A stretch of 64,000 nt of DNA from Halobacteria archaeon (GCA_036733165.1 DAINBB010000001.1:949-64948), one strand, 5' to 3'. Shown: positions 45,107 through 55,045, counted from the first letter of the stretch. The notes: generated by a model from the sequence alone, not told the origin. Program-made: numbers and translations.

Positions 45107-46341
45107 TCGTTCGCCAGAAGGTATGTCGAAGTGGACCCTTCGATCTTCACTTTTTTGAACTCGCCTATATTTCCCTCGCATATCACTGGTTTATAGTTGT
45201 CCATTCTGCCCACCATGTGCCTCTTTTTGCCCTTGTCGGTTATCAGCACTTCAACATGATTGCCGACATAACCAAGATTGATCTCGCGGGATATCTTGTG
45301 TACAAGCCTTGAAATGACCCTTGACCTGTCCTTCTTTATCCTGTCGGGGAACTGCTCCATTTCTGCCGCCGCAGTACCCGGCCTGGAAGAATAGCGCGTG
45401 ATGTTGACCTTGTCCGGGCGGCAGGCCAATATGAGGTCCAGGCTTTCCTGGAAGTCCTCCTCCGTCTCCCCGGGGAATCCAACGATGATGTCTGTCGCAA
45501 GATATATGTCAGGAAATCTCTGTCTGAACTCATCAACGATGTTGAGGAAGGTCCCGGTGGTGTACATGCGCCCCATCAGCTCAAGTATCCTGTCTGACCC
45601 CGACTGCACGGGGAGATGAAGGAACTTGAAGACCTTGCTGTCGTCAAAGCAATCTATCAGTGCGTTCAAAAGGCCGTTGGCGTGGTTTGGGTTCATCATG
45701 CCCACCCTCAATCTGAACTTCCCATCGAGTGCTGTGAGGGAATTTATCAGCGAAGGAAGGTCCGTGCCTATGTCCTGACCATAGCATCCCGTGTCCTGGG
45801 ACGTCAACAGGAACTCCTTATACCCCATACCAAGCAGCCTCGAGACATTATCGGCTATGTCTTCGGGAGAGTAGCTCCTGAGCTCCCCTCTCGCAAATCT
45901 CGTTGCGCAGTATGTGCAGGAACCTTTGCAGCCGAGAGATATCGGGACTATCGCCGTGGCCCCGCTCTGTAGCTGTGGCAGTGGCCTGGGATTCTCGATC
46001 TCATGCCTGTATATCCTGACCTTGCTTCCTTCCATGACGGCTTCGACCACCTCTGCAATGTCGCGTATCTGGTCGGGGCCCACTATCGCATCCACCTCGG
46101 CAGGTATGGAATCTGGGTCTATGAAAGGGAGGCATCCGGCAACTATGACCTTCTTCTTCTCCAATGAGGCCCTTATGTCCTTCAACACCCTGTGCTGTGT
46201 CTGTGCCTTCACGCCGCATGTGTTGAAAATGACAATGTCGGCGGCCTCCTCATTATCAGTGATTATATCCTTTAACAGATAGGCCATGGCCTGGCTGTCA
46301 CTTTTGTTGAAGGTGCAGCCATAGGTCCTGATATATATCAT
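45097..46341 (-). CDS. tRNA t6A37 methylthiotransferase (MtaB-type radical SAM)
   Basis: TYGCTFN, FNTCGVK, GCL, CKGSCTYC, HLPVQSGS, C-terminal TRAM domain. Confidence 0.92.
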   Translation of the reverse strand: MIYIRTYGCTFNKSDSQAMAYLLKDIITDNEEAADIVIFNTCGVKAQTQHRVLKDIRASLEKKKVIVAGCLPFIDPDSIPAEVDAIVGPDQIRDIAEVVEAVMEGSKVRIYRHEIENPRPLPQLQSGATAIVPISLGCKGSCTYCATRFARGELRSYSPEDIADNVSRLLGMGYKEFLLTSQDTGCYGQDIGTDLPSLINSLTALDGKFRLRVGMMNPNHANGLLNALIDCFDDSKVFKFLHLPVQSGSDRILELMGRMYTTGTFLNIVDEFRQRFPDIYLATDIIVGFPGETEEDFQESLDLILACRPDKVNITRYSSRPGTAAAEMEQFPDRIKKDRSRVISRLVHKISREINLGYVGNHVEVLITDKGKKRHMVGRMDNYKPVICEGNIGEFKKVKIEGSTSTYLLANDHL

Positions 46342-46349
46342 AAGACAAC

Positions 46350-46595
46350 CTACAATACATTTGGCAAGATGGCAAGAACAAGGTATATGCAGAATATCAC
46401 TAACAGCACGTCGACTATCTTCTTTGTGAAGTCAAATCCCAGTCTCAACAACGCCAATAGTATGACCAGACTGAATATGCCCACGGCCTCCGGCGGCACC
46501 ACGCCCTCGCTGGCGGCCGATATCTCCGATGCTATTGATTCTGCTAGGTCGAACATAACGCTAACAATGTTGGTCAGCAGTTCTATTGGGTCCAT
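46350..46595 (-). CDS. Small hypothetical membrane protein
   Basis: 81 aa, two hydrophobic helices, 8 nt upstream of the methylthiotransferase start. Confidence 0.6.
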   Translation of the reverse strand: MDPIELLTNIVSVMFDLAESIASEISAASEGVVPPEAVGIFSLVILLALLRLGFDFTKKIVDVLLVIFCIYLVLAILPNVL

Positions 46596-46729
46596 ATATT
46601 AAGATTGATGTATAGTTTAAAAAAGTTTTTTGTAAGATACATCCTGCCGGACATCCTTACATGACATCGTTGAACGGTTATGCGACCTCAAGATTCTCAA
46701 TAAAGTTTTAGTGGATGTTCCATCTTAAG

Positions 46730-46954
46730 CTATATCCTGAGATTCTCGTCGATTATCTTGATCCAGTTGAGATATGAATTGAAAGTGCCCCTGATGGCGT
46801 TGATGTCCTCGCCTTCGATAGTTATATAGAGGCGGTCTCCCTCCAGGGAGATGCTGGACCTTGTCTTCTTGTATGGCACAGATTCTATCTCGGGAGTCAG
46901 TGCCTCATAGAACTTTTTTGCATTGGGGTCGTCAAGCTCTATCCTCATCTGCAT
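46730..46954 (-). CDS. pcc1: KEOPS complex subunit Pcc1
   Basis: YEALTPE...IEGEDINAIRGTFNSYLNWI; superoperon position. Confidence 0.88.
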   Translation of the reverse strand: MQMRIELDDPNAKKFYEALTPEIESVPYKKTRSSISLEGDRLYITIEGEDINAIRGTFNSYLNWIKIIDENLRI

Positions 46955-47453
46955 TCCGTCTCACCCTTATCTGCGGCCCTATGGGCCTTTGGGAAATGTC
47001 ATTCCTGATGAAGTCCAGTGCAAAGACCTCATCCTTTTTGGTGATCATGATCGTCAGGAGCGAATCAACGTCCCTGCTGGCGTTGAAGACCTCCATGATA
47101 GTCTTTAGAAGCCCGCTGTCGTGTTCGTCGATGACGCCTATCGGGACATCCTCGTTGAGGGGTGGCACCTTAACATCCAGTCCCATGTCCTTCCTAGTCC
47201 TGACGGTGATGTCGATGTATCTTGACCACTCCATGCCCCTGGACGGGTCCATGGAGGACAACCTGAACGGATTGCCATCCCTGGTCTCTATGATCAGTAT
47301 CCTCTCATGGGCGTTCCTTAGACCAATGTCGATTATGTCCCTGATGCTCTTCTTGCCCCTTACCAGATAATCACAAAAAGGTAGGACAGAGGCCAGCTCC
47401 CGACAAAAGATCCTCGTTCGCTGGCTTGTACGTCTTGAGGTAGTAAGCAGCAT
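46932..47453 (-). CDS. Brix-domain ribosome biogenesis protein
   Basis: [16 protein letters not shown]...RGKKS motif; ATG overlaps the rpoP stop (TGATG). Confidence 0.88.
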   Translation of the reverse strand: MLLTTSRRTSQRTRIFCRELASVLPFCDYLVRGKKSIRDIIDIGLRNAHERILIIETRDGNPFRLSSMDPSRGMEWSRYIDITVRTRKDMGLDVKVPPLNEDVPIGVIDEHDSGLLKTIMEVFNASRDVDSLLTIMITKKDEVFALDFIRNDISQRPIGPQIRVRRNADEDRA

Positions 47454-47680
47454 CAGATACAACCGACACGCTTGGATTGTTTGGGCCTAAGCTTTATGAG
47501 GACCCTTCCTCCGCAGTATGGACATTTGATGCCCTGAACATTGTCAAGGTCGTTCAAACTAAGTTCCTTCCTGCATTCCCTGTTGATGCATTTGTACATC
47601 TTCTCGTCCCTGTCTATGACAGGCCTAACGAGCTCCACAGGCTCTTCTTCAATGAACTCTTCAGTGTGTTCATCATTCAT
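47453..47680 (-). CDS. rpoP: RNA polymerase subunit P (Rpo12), possibly with acidic N-terminal extension
   Basis: YKC...[16 protein letters not shown]; follows rpl37ae. Confidence 0.9.
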   Translation of the reverse strand: MNDEHTEEFIEEEPVELVRPVIDRDEKMYKCINRECRKELSLNDLDNVQGIKCPYCGGRVLIKLRPKQSKRVGCI

Positions 47681-47936
47681 TCTTATCTACCTCTGAAAGC
47701 CCCGTAATGACGCGTTTCGCAGTCTTGCCAGAGGGTGTCTGAGGCACATATGCCCCCCCTGCAAACTTTGCGCCACACTTACGGCACTCCCAAACGGAGG
47801 TACTTGTCCTCCTTACGGACTTCCTACCGCATGTTGGGCATGGATGGTCCTGTTTCATTCTCTTCTCAACGGCAAGGACCCTCTTCCTGATCTTCCTACC
47901 GTATCTGCTACCAAATCTTCCTACACTGCCGCCCAT
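47673..47936 (-). CDS. rpl37ae: Ribosomal protein eL43 (L37Ae)
   Basis: [24 protein letters not shown]. Confidence 0.97.
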   Translation of the reverse strand: MGGSVGRFGSRYGRKIRKRVLAVEKRMKQDHPCPTCGRKSVRRTSTSVWECRKCGAKFAGGAYVPQTPSGKTAKRVITGLSEVDKNE

Positions 47937-47941
47937 TTCAA

Positions 47942-48751
47942 TCACTCAGCTTCTTCAATGGCCTTTAGGATCTTCTCCCTGTTCTCCTGACCCTTGATCT
48001 TGGCCAGTCTTACAGCTTCCATAACCTCTTCCAATTTAAAGCTTCCGTCTATTCCTTTCTGCATGGCAACAACATTGCCATCCTCGTCTGTAGACACTGT
48101 TATCCTTGAGGCCATGATCTTCTCCTCGTCCTTTTGGGGATCTACGAGAAGCTTGCCGCCGATCTTGGCTATTGTGCAGGTGACGGGTACCTTTCTCAGG
48201 GGCAGGGATTCTATCTCATCGGTTGGGTTCCCCTCCGCGTTGTATATGGGCATCTTTGCGCACTTCAAAGCAGTGATGGCCCCAATGCCGCAGGCGTCCA
48301 ATAGATTTCCGCCATCATCGAGCACCTGTATGTCCACGAAGACGATCCTGACGAGCTCGCCTGGCACGATGCATAGCTTTCCGGTGTCCAAGGCCTTGGA
48401 TTCCCTGATCCCCCTGTCGACCACTCTGGCCAGCTCTATGGCGTCCTCTCCGGGCGGGCCCGATTCAAACTCTGGTGATGCCAATGGGGGAAGCTCGGCT
48501 GATGTTGTCATTACCCCCTCGTTGGGGATGTCTGGGAACGGTGTGCCCACATCGTACTTGACACCAACTATGACCTTGGTAGCGCCAAGTTCCACATAGG
48601 CCGAACCTTCTGCCTTCTTTATGTAATTTGGGATTATCTTGAGTTCCCTATACTCGTCTGGAGCCCTCTCATCCAACCTTTTGCCCTCAATGGCAAGGTT
48701 GTTGATATATTCCCTTTTGATGTTGGCTATAGCATCCATTTCAATCACCAT
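47942..48751 (-). CDS. rrp42: Exosome subunit Rrp42
   Basis: [33 protein letters not shown]. Confidence 0.96.
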   Translation of the reverse strand: MVIEMDAIANIKREYINNLAIEGKRLDERAPDEYRELKIIPNYIKKAEGSAYVELGATKVIVGVKYDVGTPFPDIPNEGVMTTSAELPPLASPEFESGPPGEDAIELARVVDRGIRESKALDTGKLCIVPGELVRIVFVDIQVLDDGGNLLDACGIGAITALKCAKMPIYNAEGNPTDEIESLPLRKVPVTCTIAKIGGKLLVDPQKDEEKIMASRITVSTDEDGNVVAMQKGIDGSFKLEEVMEAVRLAKIKGQENREKILKAIEEAE

Positions 48752-49421
48752 ACTTTGACTTAAGGGCGTCCATCTGCATCTGATAAATGGACTTGCATCC
48801 CTTTATTGCAAGACTCAAAGCCTCATCAACCTCTTCTTCGGTCATTATTCCGTCCATTTGCAGAAGCGTGATGTCCTCTGTCCTTGACAGTATGGCCAAT
48901 GGCACATCCGCCTGGCCACTGTTGTCCTCTTCCTTACAGAGGTCCAATACTATCTGGTCGTCGACCTTGCCCGAGGCGCAAGCGGATACAAGTCCCCTCA
49001 TTGGTATGCCTGCATCCACCAGTGCAAGGGTGGCCGCGGTTATGCCTGCACATCTTGTACCGGCGTCCGCCTGCATCACATCGACCAAAACCTCGATCAT
49101 TGAATTGGGGTAATCCTCGAGTATTATGGCCGGTGCCAAGGCGCCTGCCATGACCTTGCCGATCTCGACCGACCTTCTGTCCGGACCCGGTCTCTTCCTG
49201 TCCTCCACAGAAAAAGGCGCCATGCTGTACTTGCACCTGAGGTAGGCCTTGTCATTCCTCGCAAGGAATCTAGGGATGACCTCCTTAGGACCATAAACTG
49301 CAGCATATACCTTGTTATTTCCCCACTCAACGTAAGCAGACCCGTCTGCTCTGTTCAGGACGCCTACCTCCATCTTCACCGTCCTGAGCTCATCATTCTT
49401 TCTTCCATCACATCTCGTCAT
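48741..49421 (-). CDS. rrp41: Exosome subunit Rrp41
   Basis: [38 protein letters not shown]. Confidence 0.96.
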   Translation of the reverse strand: MTRCDGRKNDELRTVKMEVGVLNRADGSAYVEWGNNKVYAAVYGPKEVIPRFLARNDKAYLRCKYSMAPFSVEDRKRPGPDRRSVEIGKVMAGALAPAIILEDYPNSMIEVLVDVMQADAGTRCAGITAATLALVDAGIPMRGLVSACASGKVDDQIVLDLCKEEDNSGQADVPLAILSRTEDITLLQMDGIMTEEEVDEALSLAIKGCKSIYQMQMDALKSKYGD

Positions 49422-50124
49422 TGTGATCACCTTCAACCTCAATCTCCTTAATCTGCGACTCTAAGTATTCCTTTGTCTTATCTGTCAATCCAGATGAGTG
49501 GGCCTGATTGTTAATCATCTCTATCGTCCTCTTGATGAGGTCCTCCATTCCGCTCGTAGCCTTTACCCATACAAGCCCATTCTGTCCAACAAGTATCTTG
49601 GACCTGGTCAACTGCTTTATCATGTATATCATCGAACCTTTCTTGCCTATAAGCCTGGGGACCCTCGTTGGTTTTATCTCCACAAGCGCGCCGCCCCTAA
49701 GCTTGCCATAGGGCATGGACTTTGTAAACAGGTTCGAGTTATATATCTCATCTACATAGTCTACCTTTGCAAATATCAGGTCCCCAACGTCATACACCTT
49801 TGACAGATCCTCTATCCTGTCATGAAGTGCGCTCTTTGGGTCCAAGGATGCCAGATAAGCTGAATTAATGTCAACTAGCCACTTCCCGGCCAGCACCTTC
49901 TCTATCCTGCCAATGACGGTGTCCCCCTCTTTGGGGAGGTACTTGCCTTCCAGAGGTACTACCCTTACCTGCTTTCTCTCCTCGTTGAAGTAGAAAAGAC
50001 CCAGCATGGTTGAGAATATCTCCTCACCCTCCCTGGTCACACCGCCTCCAAGGGAATATTTGCCTTTTGCCAACAAGGTGCCTGGCACGACAAGTTCCCT
50101 CTCACCGACCATTATCTCCATCAT
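49408..50124 (-). CDS. rrp4: Exosome RNA-binding subunit Rrp4
   Basis: VVPG, YLPKEGD, S1 domain plus KH (RLIGKKGSM), GQNG. Confidence 0.95.
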   Translation of the reverse strand: MMEIMVGERELVVPGTLLAKGKYSLGGGVTREGEEIFSTMLGLFYFNEERKQVRVVPLEGKYLPKEGDTVIGRIEKVLAGKWLVDINSAYLASLDPKSALHDRIEDLSKVYDVGDLIFAKVDYVDEIYNSNLFTKSMPYGKLRGGALVEIKPTRVPRLIGKKGSMIYMIKQLTRSKILVGQNGLVWVKATSGMEDLIKRTIEMINNQAHSSGLTDKTKEYLESQIKEIEVEGDHNDEM

Positions 50125-50125
50125 A

Positions 50126-50821
50126 TCATCTCTTATCGATTATCTTGACCTCTACATCACCCTTTGTGATGGCATTCAATTTCTCGAAGAACTCCGGTTG
50201 CATCCCGGCGGGGATCTCCATCTTGACGTACAGAGTGCCGTCATTGCCCCACTCCTCCTTCAACAACTGTCCATAGTTCGAAAGGACGCCGTAGGCCTTT
50301 CCCGTATAGTTCGACGGTATCTTTATCGCCATCGTCCTCTTCTCGAACCTTAGGGGGAGATGCACCCTTATCTTCTTGACTATCTCGTCTATCTGTTTCT
50401 CGGTAGATTTGAAAAGGTCTATATGTATGTTCGCCTTTTCCATAGCAGCCTCTACCCTCGAGGAAGGATGCGGATATCCCGTCTTGGGATCCACTGCGTT
50501 CTTGGATATATGGGAGATGATCTTCCTCTTCTTCTCTTCGAATATCTCCTTCCTCTGCTCTGCTGTGAGCTGAAGGTCTCCCTTGCGTATTATCCTTATG
50601 GCTATCTCTTCAATGCTGTCGGTGCCGAAAATCTTCTCAAGGTCCTCGCTCGGCACCTTCTCGGCAGAGCCCACATCCTTGTATATGTAGTTGGATGCCA
50701 GGAACTCCGTCTCATCGTCTCCCTGTTTGATCTTTCTGGCCTTCACGGGGTCCACAAGGACCTCGAACTTTTCCCCATGGGACTTAAGCCTGGCTATCAC
50801 AGCGTCATCTATCGTGACCAT
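50126..50821 (-). CDS. sdo1: Ribosome maturation factor SBDS/Sdo1
   Basis: GEKFEVLV, QLTAEQRK, DPKTGYPHP, EEWGNDG. Confidence 0.96.
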   Translation of the reverse strand: MVTIDDAVIARLKSHGEKFEVLVDPVKARKIKQGDDETEFLASNYIYKDVGSAEKVPSEDLEKIFGTDSIEEIAIRIIRKGDLQLTAEQRKEIFEEKKRKIISHISKNAVDPKTGYPHPSSRVEAAMEKANIHIDLFKSTEKQIDEIVKKIRVHLPLRFEKRTMAIKIPSNYTGKAYGVLSNYGQLLKEEWGNDGTLYVKMEIPAGMQPEFFEKLNAITKGDVEVKIIDKR

Positions 50822-50943
50822 GCAAATCACCACGCTAAACAGTCAAAACGAATGAGAAAGCCCCACACCGGGCCCGTTATTTCTTTCATCTTCATCCTCG
50901 CTCTATCTATATTTTTAATACTTCTTTTTAAATTTACTTGATA

Positions 50944-51273
50944 TCAACACTTTTCCAATGACTTCAACGTCCCTGAAACGCCCTTTACAAGCACATTCAC
51001 CCTGGCGCCTTGGATATCGGTCATGGTCTTTAGGGACACTATCAGGTCGTCAACGGAATCAAGCGAACATCTAGCTATGCCAATGTTGTTCTCCTCATTC
51101 CATTCAGAGACCTTCAGATTGACATTGGCAGACCCCTTCTCACCCAACAGGGAGAGCATCGAGTCCCAGATCGAATGGCGGACGTCCTCCAAGGCGAATC
51201 CGGAATCGGAATCGATGAAGAACTTCACATATCTTTTCTTGTCCCTAAGGGACTTTGGGATCTTGTACTTCAG
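50944..51273 (-). CDS. rnp2: RNase P protein Pop5/Rpp14 (apparent CTG start)
   Basis: PKSLRDKKRY, GIARC, GVSGTLK; upstream part of the track ORF overlaps rnp3 in another frame. Confidence 0.88.
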   Translation of the reverse strand: MKYKIPKSLRDKKRYVKFFIDSDSGFALEDVRHSIWDSMLSLLGEKGSANVNLKVSEWNEENNIGIARCSLDSVDDLIVSLKTMTDIQGARVNVLVKGVSGTLKSLEKC

Positions 51274-51827
51274 ATAAGTCCCCTCCCTTCCAGAATCTTT
51301 CGGGGCATCGTTCCTATGGCGGCCTTCGCCTCGGGATATTCCATGCCCACCAAGGTCCCAAATGCCACCAGTTCCCTGGGGGTCACCAACTCCATGCCGT
51401 CCCTGGCCCCCGAGGTTATGACAATGCCTACCTTCCTTTTCCTTGCGAGTGAGATGGAACGTCTCAGTGATTGTATCATCCTTGACCTTTGATATCCCCT
51501 GGAGTTGATGATGTCCCTTGCGCATATCTCAAAGAACATCCCGTTCCTGCTGGCCATCTTGGCCAGCGTATCATCGATGGGGTACGGCCTAGACATTACG
51601 TCTACAATTGGATTCTCGATTATCCGCCTGTTCGAGGCCATGTCGTTGCCTGTGGCGAACACTATGTCGGCCCCGCTCTTTTTCACGATCTCATTTATCC
51701 TTCCGATGGTATCGGGATATATCATGACCGCTCTGAAGTCGGCGTTTTCGTCGTCCACGCTAGCAACGTATTCATAGAGGTCGCTCTTTATCCCCCTAAG
51801 GTCAATCGCCAAATAGTTGCTTAGCAT
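51270..51827 (-). CDS. rnp3: RNase P protein Rpp30
   Basis: NRRIIEN..VD, AKMASRNG, ITSGA...L.TPRE motif; operon position. Confidence 0.88.
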   Translation of the reverse strand: MLSNYLAIDLRGIKSDLYEYVASVDDENADFRAVMIYPDTIGRINEIVKKSGADIVFATGNDMASNRRIIENPIVDVMSRPYPIDDTLAKMASRNGMFFEICARDIINSRGYQRSRMIQSLRRSISLARKRKVGIVITSGARDGMELVTPRELVAFGTLVGMEYPEAKAAIGTMPRKILEGRGLI

Positions 51828-52236
51828 TTTCGATCACTTTCTTTCTGTTGGACGGAAAGGCCAATATCTTGACAAATATCCTGATGTCCCCACGATCATG
51901 CAATCTGTAGACATCATTGAAAAGGTCCTGTTTGTCCATCCTGAAATAAAGGAAACCCCTATCGTCCACCCTTTCGGGAAGGGTGTCAAAGATCTCCGAC
52001 CTGATGGATAAGAATAAAGTAGATCCAAAGAAGGCCTTGATATCATCCTCATCTTTGATATCGACCCTCAATATTAGGATCTCGTTGCCGTAGTGCCCAT
52101 TGGTATGCTCTATCTGGATCGACTCCCGGGGAACACCCATCTTGGATATTGTCCCCAGGACCTTTTCCAATGATTCGGTGGCGTGTGAAAATGTCTCTAT
52201 CTCGATTCTTTCGACAAGACGTTTCATAGAACGCAC
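51802..52236 (-). CDS. RNA-binding protein (DUF54 / RNA_binding family)
   Basis: HATESLEKV, GHYGNEI, LYFRMDKQ; located between rpl15e and rnp3. Confidence 0.88.
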   Translation of the reverse strand: MRSMKRLVERIEIETFSHATESLEKVLGTISKMGVPRESIQIEHTNGHYGNEILILRVDIKDEDDIKAFFGSTLFLSIRSEIFDTLPERVDDRGFLYFRMDKQDLFNDVYRLHDRGDIRIFVKILAFPSNRKKVIENAKQLFGD

Positions 52237-52238
52237 AC

Positions 52239-52823
52239 TTAGTAGCCCCTATTCCCATGAGCGGCCTTGGACGGTCTCAGCTTCTCAGCGCCCTTGCCCT
52301 TGTTCGTGAGACCCCTGGACTTCCTTCCTGCCGATGTCTTGCCCCTGTTGACCCTTCTGGTATGCTGTTTCTCGCATATCCAATTGATCCTGGAGTCCGA
52401 TGCTATGGCCGGATGGAATGGGTCCACGAGTATTATCTCATAGTATTTGCTCTGGCCCGTCTCGCCAACCCAGTATGAGTTCAGTACCTCAAGATTTGGG
52501 TACTTTGACTGCACGCGCTCCTCAGCTATCAGCTGAATGCCCTTCTTGGGTGAGAACTTCTTGACACCAAAGCGCCTTGGCCTTCTCCTTGCCTCGGGCC
52601 TGGACTTCCTTCGTCCTCCCCTTCTCACGCGTACCCTGACAATAACATATCCCTGTTTCGCTCGATACCCGAGCTCCCTCGCCCTGTCTATCCTAGTTGG
52701 CCTTTCAACCCTGACCATTGCCTCCTCCTTGTTCCAAAGGGGCAGTCTCCTCTTGGTTATCTCTGCCAATACTCCTGAACGAGGGTCTTTCCAAGCTTCC
52801 TTAACGTAATTGTAATAACCCAT
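52239..52823 (-). CDS. rpl15e: Ribosomal protein eL15
   Basis: ERPTRIDRARELGYRAKQG, AEER, LEVLNSYWVG, GKTSAGRKSRGL. Confidence 0.98.
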   Translation of the reverse strand: MGYYNYVKEAWKDPRSGVLAEITKRRLPLWNKEEAMVRVERPTRIDRARELGYRAKQGYVIVRVRVRRGGRRKSRPEARRRPRRFGVKKFSPKKGIQLIAEERVQSKYPNLEVLNSYWVGETGQSKYYEIILVDPFHPAIASDSRINWICEKQHTRRVNRGKTSAGRKSRGLTNKGKGAEKLRPSKAAHGNRGY

Positions 52824-52887
52824 TGTCTCTCCTCCTTATGGTTCGGTCGACATGCATAACATGTCTTCATCTACATCCCACGGAGTT
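52824..52887 (-). promoter_or_regulatory. Probable eL15 ribosomal-protein leader RNA
   Basis: 5' UTR CCGUGGGAUGUAGAUGAA-GACAUG-uuaug-CAUGUC-GACCGAACC directly before the GGAGG RBS; euryarchaeal eL15 leaders have been described, but the match is by eye only. Confidence 0.5.
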
Positions 52888-52939
52888 AATAGTGAAAAAC
52901 GTTAGATACTTTATAAAGTTTTCCTATTATGGAGTAGAC

Positions 52940-53467
52940 ATGATCGAACTAGCGACCATAACCGATATGGAAATCTTGGGAGTGGAGAGGAAGGCGGCGG
53001 TCCTCCATGGGAGGGAAGCGGCCAGGGCCATATTGTCAAGGGGTAGTGACATTGCCCTCCTCTGGGTGTCCAAGCTAGGCTACCACAAACTGCCCGGAGG
53101 GGGTCTGGAGGATGGCGAGGAACGAACCGGCGCATTGGCCAGGGAAATACTTGAAGAGACCGGGTGGGAGGCCGACATAGAGGAAGAACTTGGCATGACC
53201 GTAGAGATCAGAGGCGAATTCGGGTTGAGGCAGGTATCCTACGTTTATCTCGCCCAAGCGTCCAAAAAGGTCGCAAGGCCTTCGTTCACGAAAAAGGAAA
53301 TGTCGCAAGGGTTTGAACTCAGATGGATGAACATCGATGAAGCTTTAAAAATGATGGAAAATGAGGAACCTAAGGATTATGAGGGAAAATTCGTCCATCA
53401 TAGAGACTTGTTTTTACTTAAAATGGCATATTCTTTAATAATGGATGGATTATCTAGCCAAAAATAG
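52940..53467 (+). CDS. NUDIX hydrolase
   Basis: Nudix box GGGLEDGEERTGALAREILEETG; start likely ATG 52940. Confidence 0.92.
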   Translation: MIELATITDMEILGVERKAAVLHGREAARAILSRGSDIALLWVSKLGYHKLPGGGLEDGEERTGALAREILEETGWEADIEEELGMTVEIRGEFGLRQVSYVYLAQASKKVARPSFTKKEMSQGFELRWMNIDEALKMMENEEPKDYEGKFVHHRDLFLLKMAYSLIMDGLSSQK

Positions 53468-53500
53468 AGATAAATAACATCCCGACAATAACTATAGCAG

Positions 53501-53695
53501 GTGATGCACATTAGCGGAATGCAATCATTTATTGTAGAACATCTGTATGAAAAGGAAATAGACGTGTATTGTGGTGGCGAGGACAAGTTCTCAGGGATGG
53601 TAAAGGCAATAGCTGACAATGTCCTGACGCTCGAGAATCGGGGCGTCTACACGTTCGTTGCCGTTGACAAGATAATAGCCATTTGGATGAAGTAG
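53501..53695 (+). CDS. Small MM0924-family protein (start may be 53519)
   Basis: MQSFIVEH...IDVYCGG...DNVLTL...DKIIAIW pattern. Confidence 0.7.
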   Translation: MMHISGMQSFIVEHLYEKEIDVYCGGEDKFSGMVKAIADNVLTLENRGVYTFVAVDKIIAIWMK

Positions 53696-53735
53696 GGTGT
53701 AGATGATAGACGAATGCCTTTTGGCATTCAAAAGC

Positions 53736-54641
53736 TCACTTAAACTCCTCTATAATCTTCTCAGCTATTATCAACCCCGCCTTGTCCTGGGCCTCCTTTG
53801 TGGATGCGCCGATATGTGGTGTGAGCAAGATATTGTCAAGTTCCAGCAACGGTGAATCGGTAGGTGGTTCGGTTTCAAACACATCTAGGCAGGCTCCGCG
53901 TATGTTCCCGTCCCTCAAGGCGGTGTATAGGTCCTTCTCATCCACTATGCCCCCTCTGGACGTGTTTATCAGGATTGCACTGTCCTTCATCATCATGAGC
54001 TGTTCCATGGATATCATGCCCTTTGTCTGGGGAATGAGGGGGACATGGAGCGTTATGTAGTCAGAGGATCTCAGCAGGTCCTCCATCTCTATGTACTTTA
54101 CCCCTAGGCTCGCAGCGAGTTCTTCGTTCTTGTGCACATCGAAGGCGAACACCTTCATCCCAAATCCATTCGCTATCTTTGCCATATGGGAACCTATCCT
54201 GCCGAAACCTATGATGCCCAAGGTCTTTTCGTATATCTCTATCCCCTTCAGGGAATTCTTTTCCCATTTTCCATCTTTCATCGTGTTGTCAGAACGCACA
54301 ATGTTCCTCTCAAATGACAACAACATTGCGAAGACCAGCTCGGCAACAGACTCTGAAAGGGCGGTTGGGGAGTTTATCACCTTTATGCCCCTTTCCTCGC
54401 AGGCCTTGAGGTCTATGTTGTCAAGGCCCACACCTGCCCTTGCAACCAGTTTGAGATTTTTGCCAGACTCTATTATTTTTCTCGAAACCTTCGGCTTGCT
54501 TCTGACGACCAGGGCATCAAAGTTCTTAACCTTCTCGGCCAGACCGTCCTCATCAAGGCCTGTGGACACTTCAACTTCAAAGTTGGCCTTCAACTGTTCT
54601 ATCGCCTGTTCCGCTATATTCGATGCAATAAGGACCTTCAT
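53736..54641 (-). CDS. serA: D-isomer 2-hydroxyacid / 3-phosphoglycerate dehydrogenase without ACT domain
   Basis: RAGVGLDNID, GIIGFGRIG, NTSRG, LDVFETEP, TPHIGAST. Confidence 0.85.
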   Translation of the reverse strand: MKVLIASNIAEQAIEQLKANFEVEVSTGLDEDGLAEKVKNFDALVVRSKPKVSRKIIESGKNLKLVARAGVGLDNIDLKACEERGIKVINSPTALSESVAELVFAMLLSFERNIVRSDNTMKDGKWEKNSLKGIEIYEKTLGIIGFGRIGSHMAKIANGFGMKVFAFDVHKNEELAASLGVKYIEMEDLLRSSDYITLHVPLIPQTKGMISMEQLMMMKDSAILINTSRGGIVDEKDLYTALRDGNIRGACLDVFETEPPTDSPLLELDNILLTPHIGASTKEAQDKAGLIIAEKIIEEFK

Positions 54642-54932
54642 TCAATCACCAATCATCATGTTATCAAAAGATGATATGATTAAGAAGTCATAGGGTATTT
54701 ATAACTTGTTAGGATGGCACGCATCGCGATGCATATCGCATTGCCCAAAAAAAAGATTTCGAAAGCATCGTCGATTGTTGTTTTCATAGGTCATCGACAA
54801 AGTGCCCCTTGCATCGTCCGCATGCCCGCCGCCGGATGGTGGATTGTTCATAAAGGCGTATGAAAACGCCCCGGAAGACCCTTAATGACGAGAACAAAAG
54901 ATTTATATTTAAATTAAAATTATTCTCATCGG

Positions 54933-55005
54933 AGCCGGGTAGGGTAGGGGACAATCCTTTGGGCCTTTGGAGCCCGAGACTGCGGTTCGAATCCGCGCCC
55001 GGCTA
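54933..55005 (+). tRNA. tRNA-Gln(UUG)
   Basis: A1-U72 acceptor AGCCGGG/CCCGGCT, loop CT-TTG-GA, T-loop TTCGAAT. Confidence 0.93.
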
Positions 55006-55045
55006 TTATCATGATCCCTTCTTCACCGACAATGTTAAATAAAGC

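Noticed and set aside
46603-46729. Repeated ACATC words after pcc1; possible prefoldin remnant
   Set aside because: No prefoldin-like frame; the repeats are only 5-6 nt and irregularly spaced.
50852-50941. 29-aa hydrophobic plus-strand peptide MRKPHTGPVISFIFILALSIFLILLFKFT
   Set aside because: Likely a by-product of the A-rich minus-strand promoter for sdo1; no RBS and no psmA similarity.
50944-51525. 193-aa ORF suggesting an extended Pop5
   Set aside because: The extension overlaps rnp3 in another frame; only the last 109 codons are Pop5-like.
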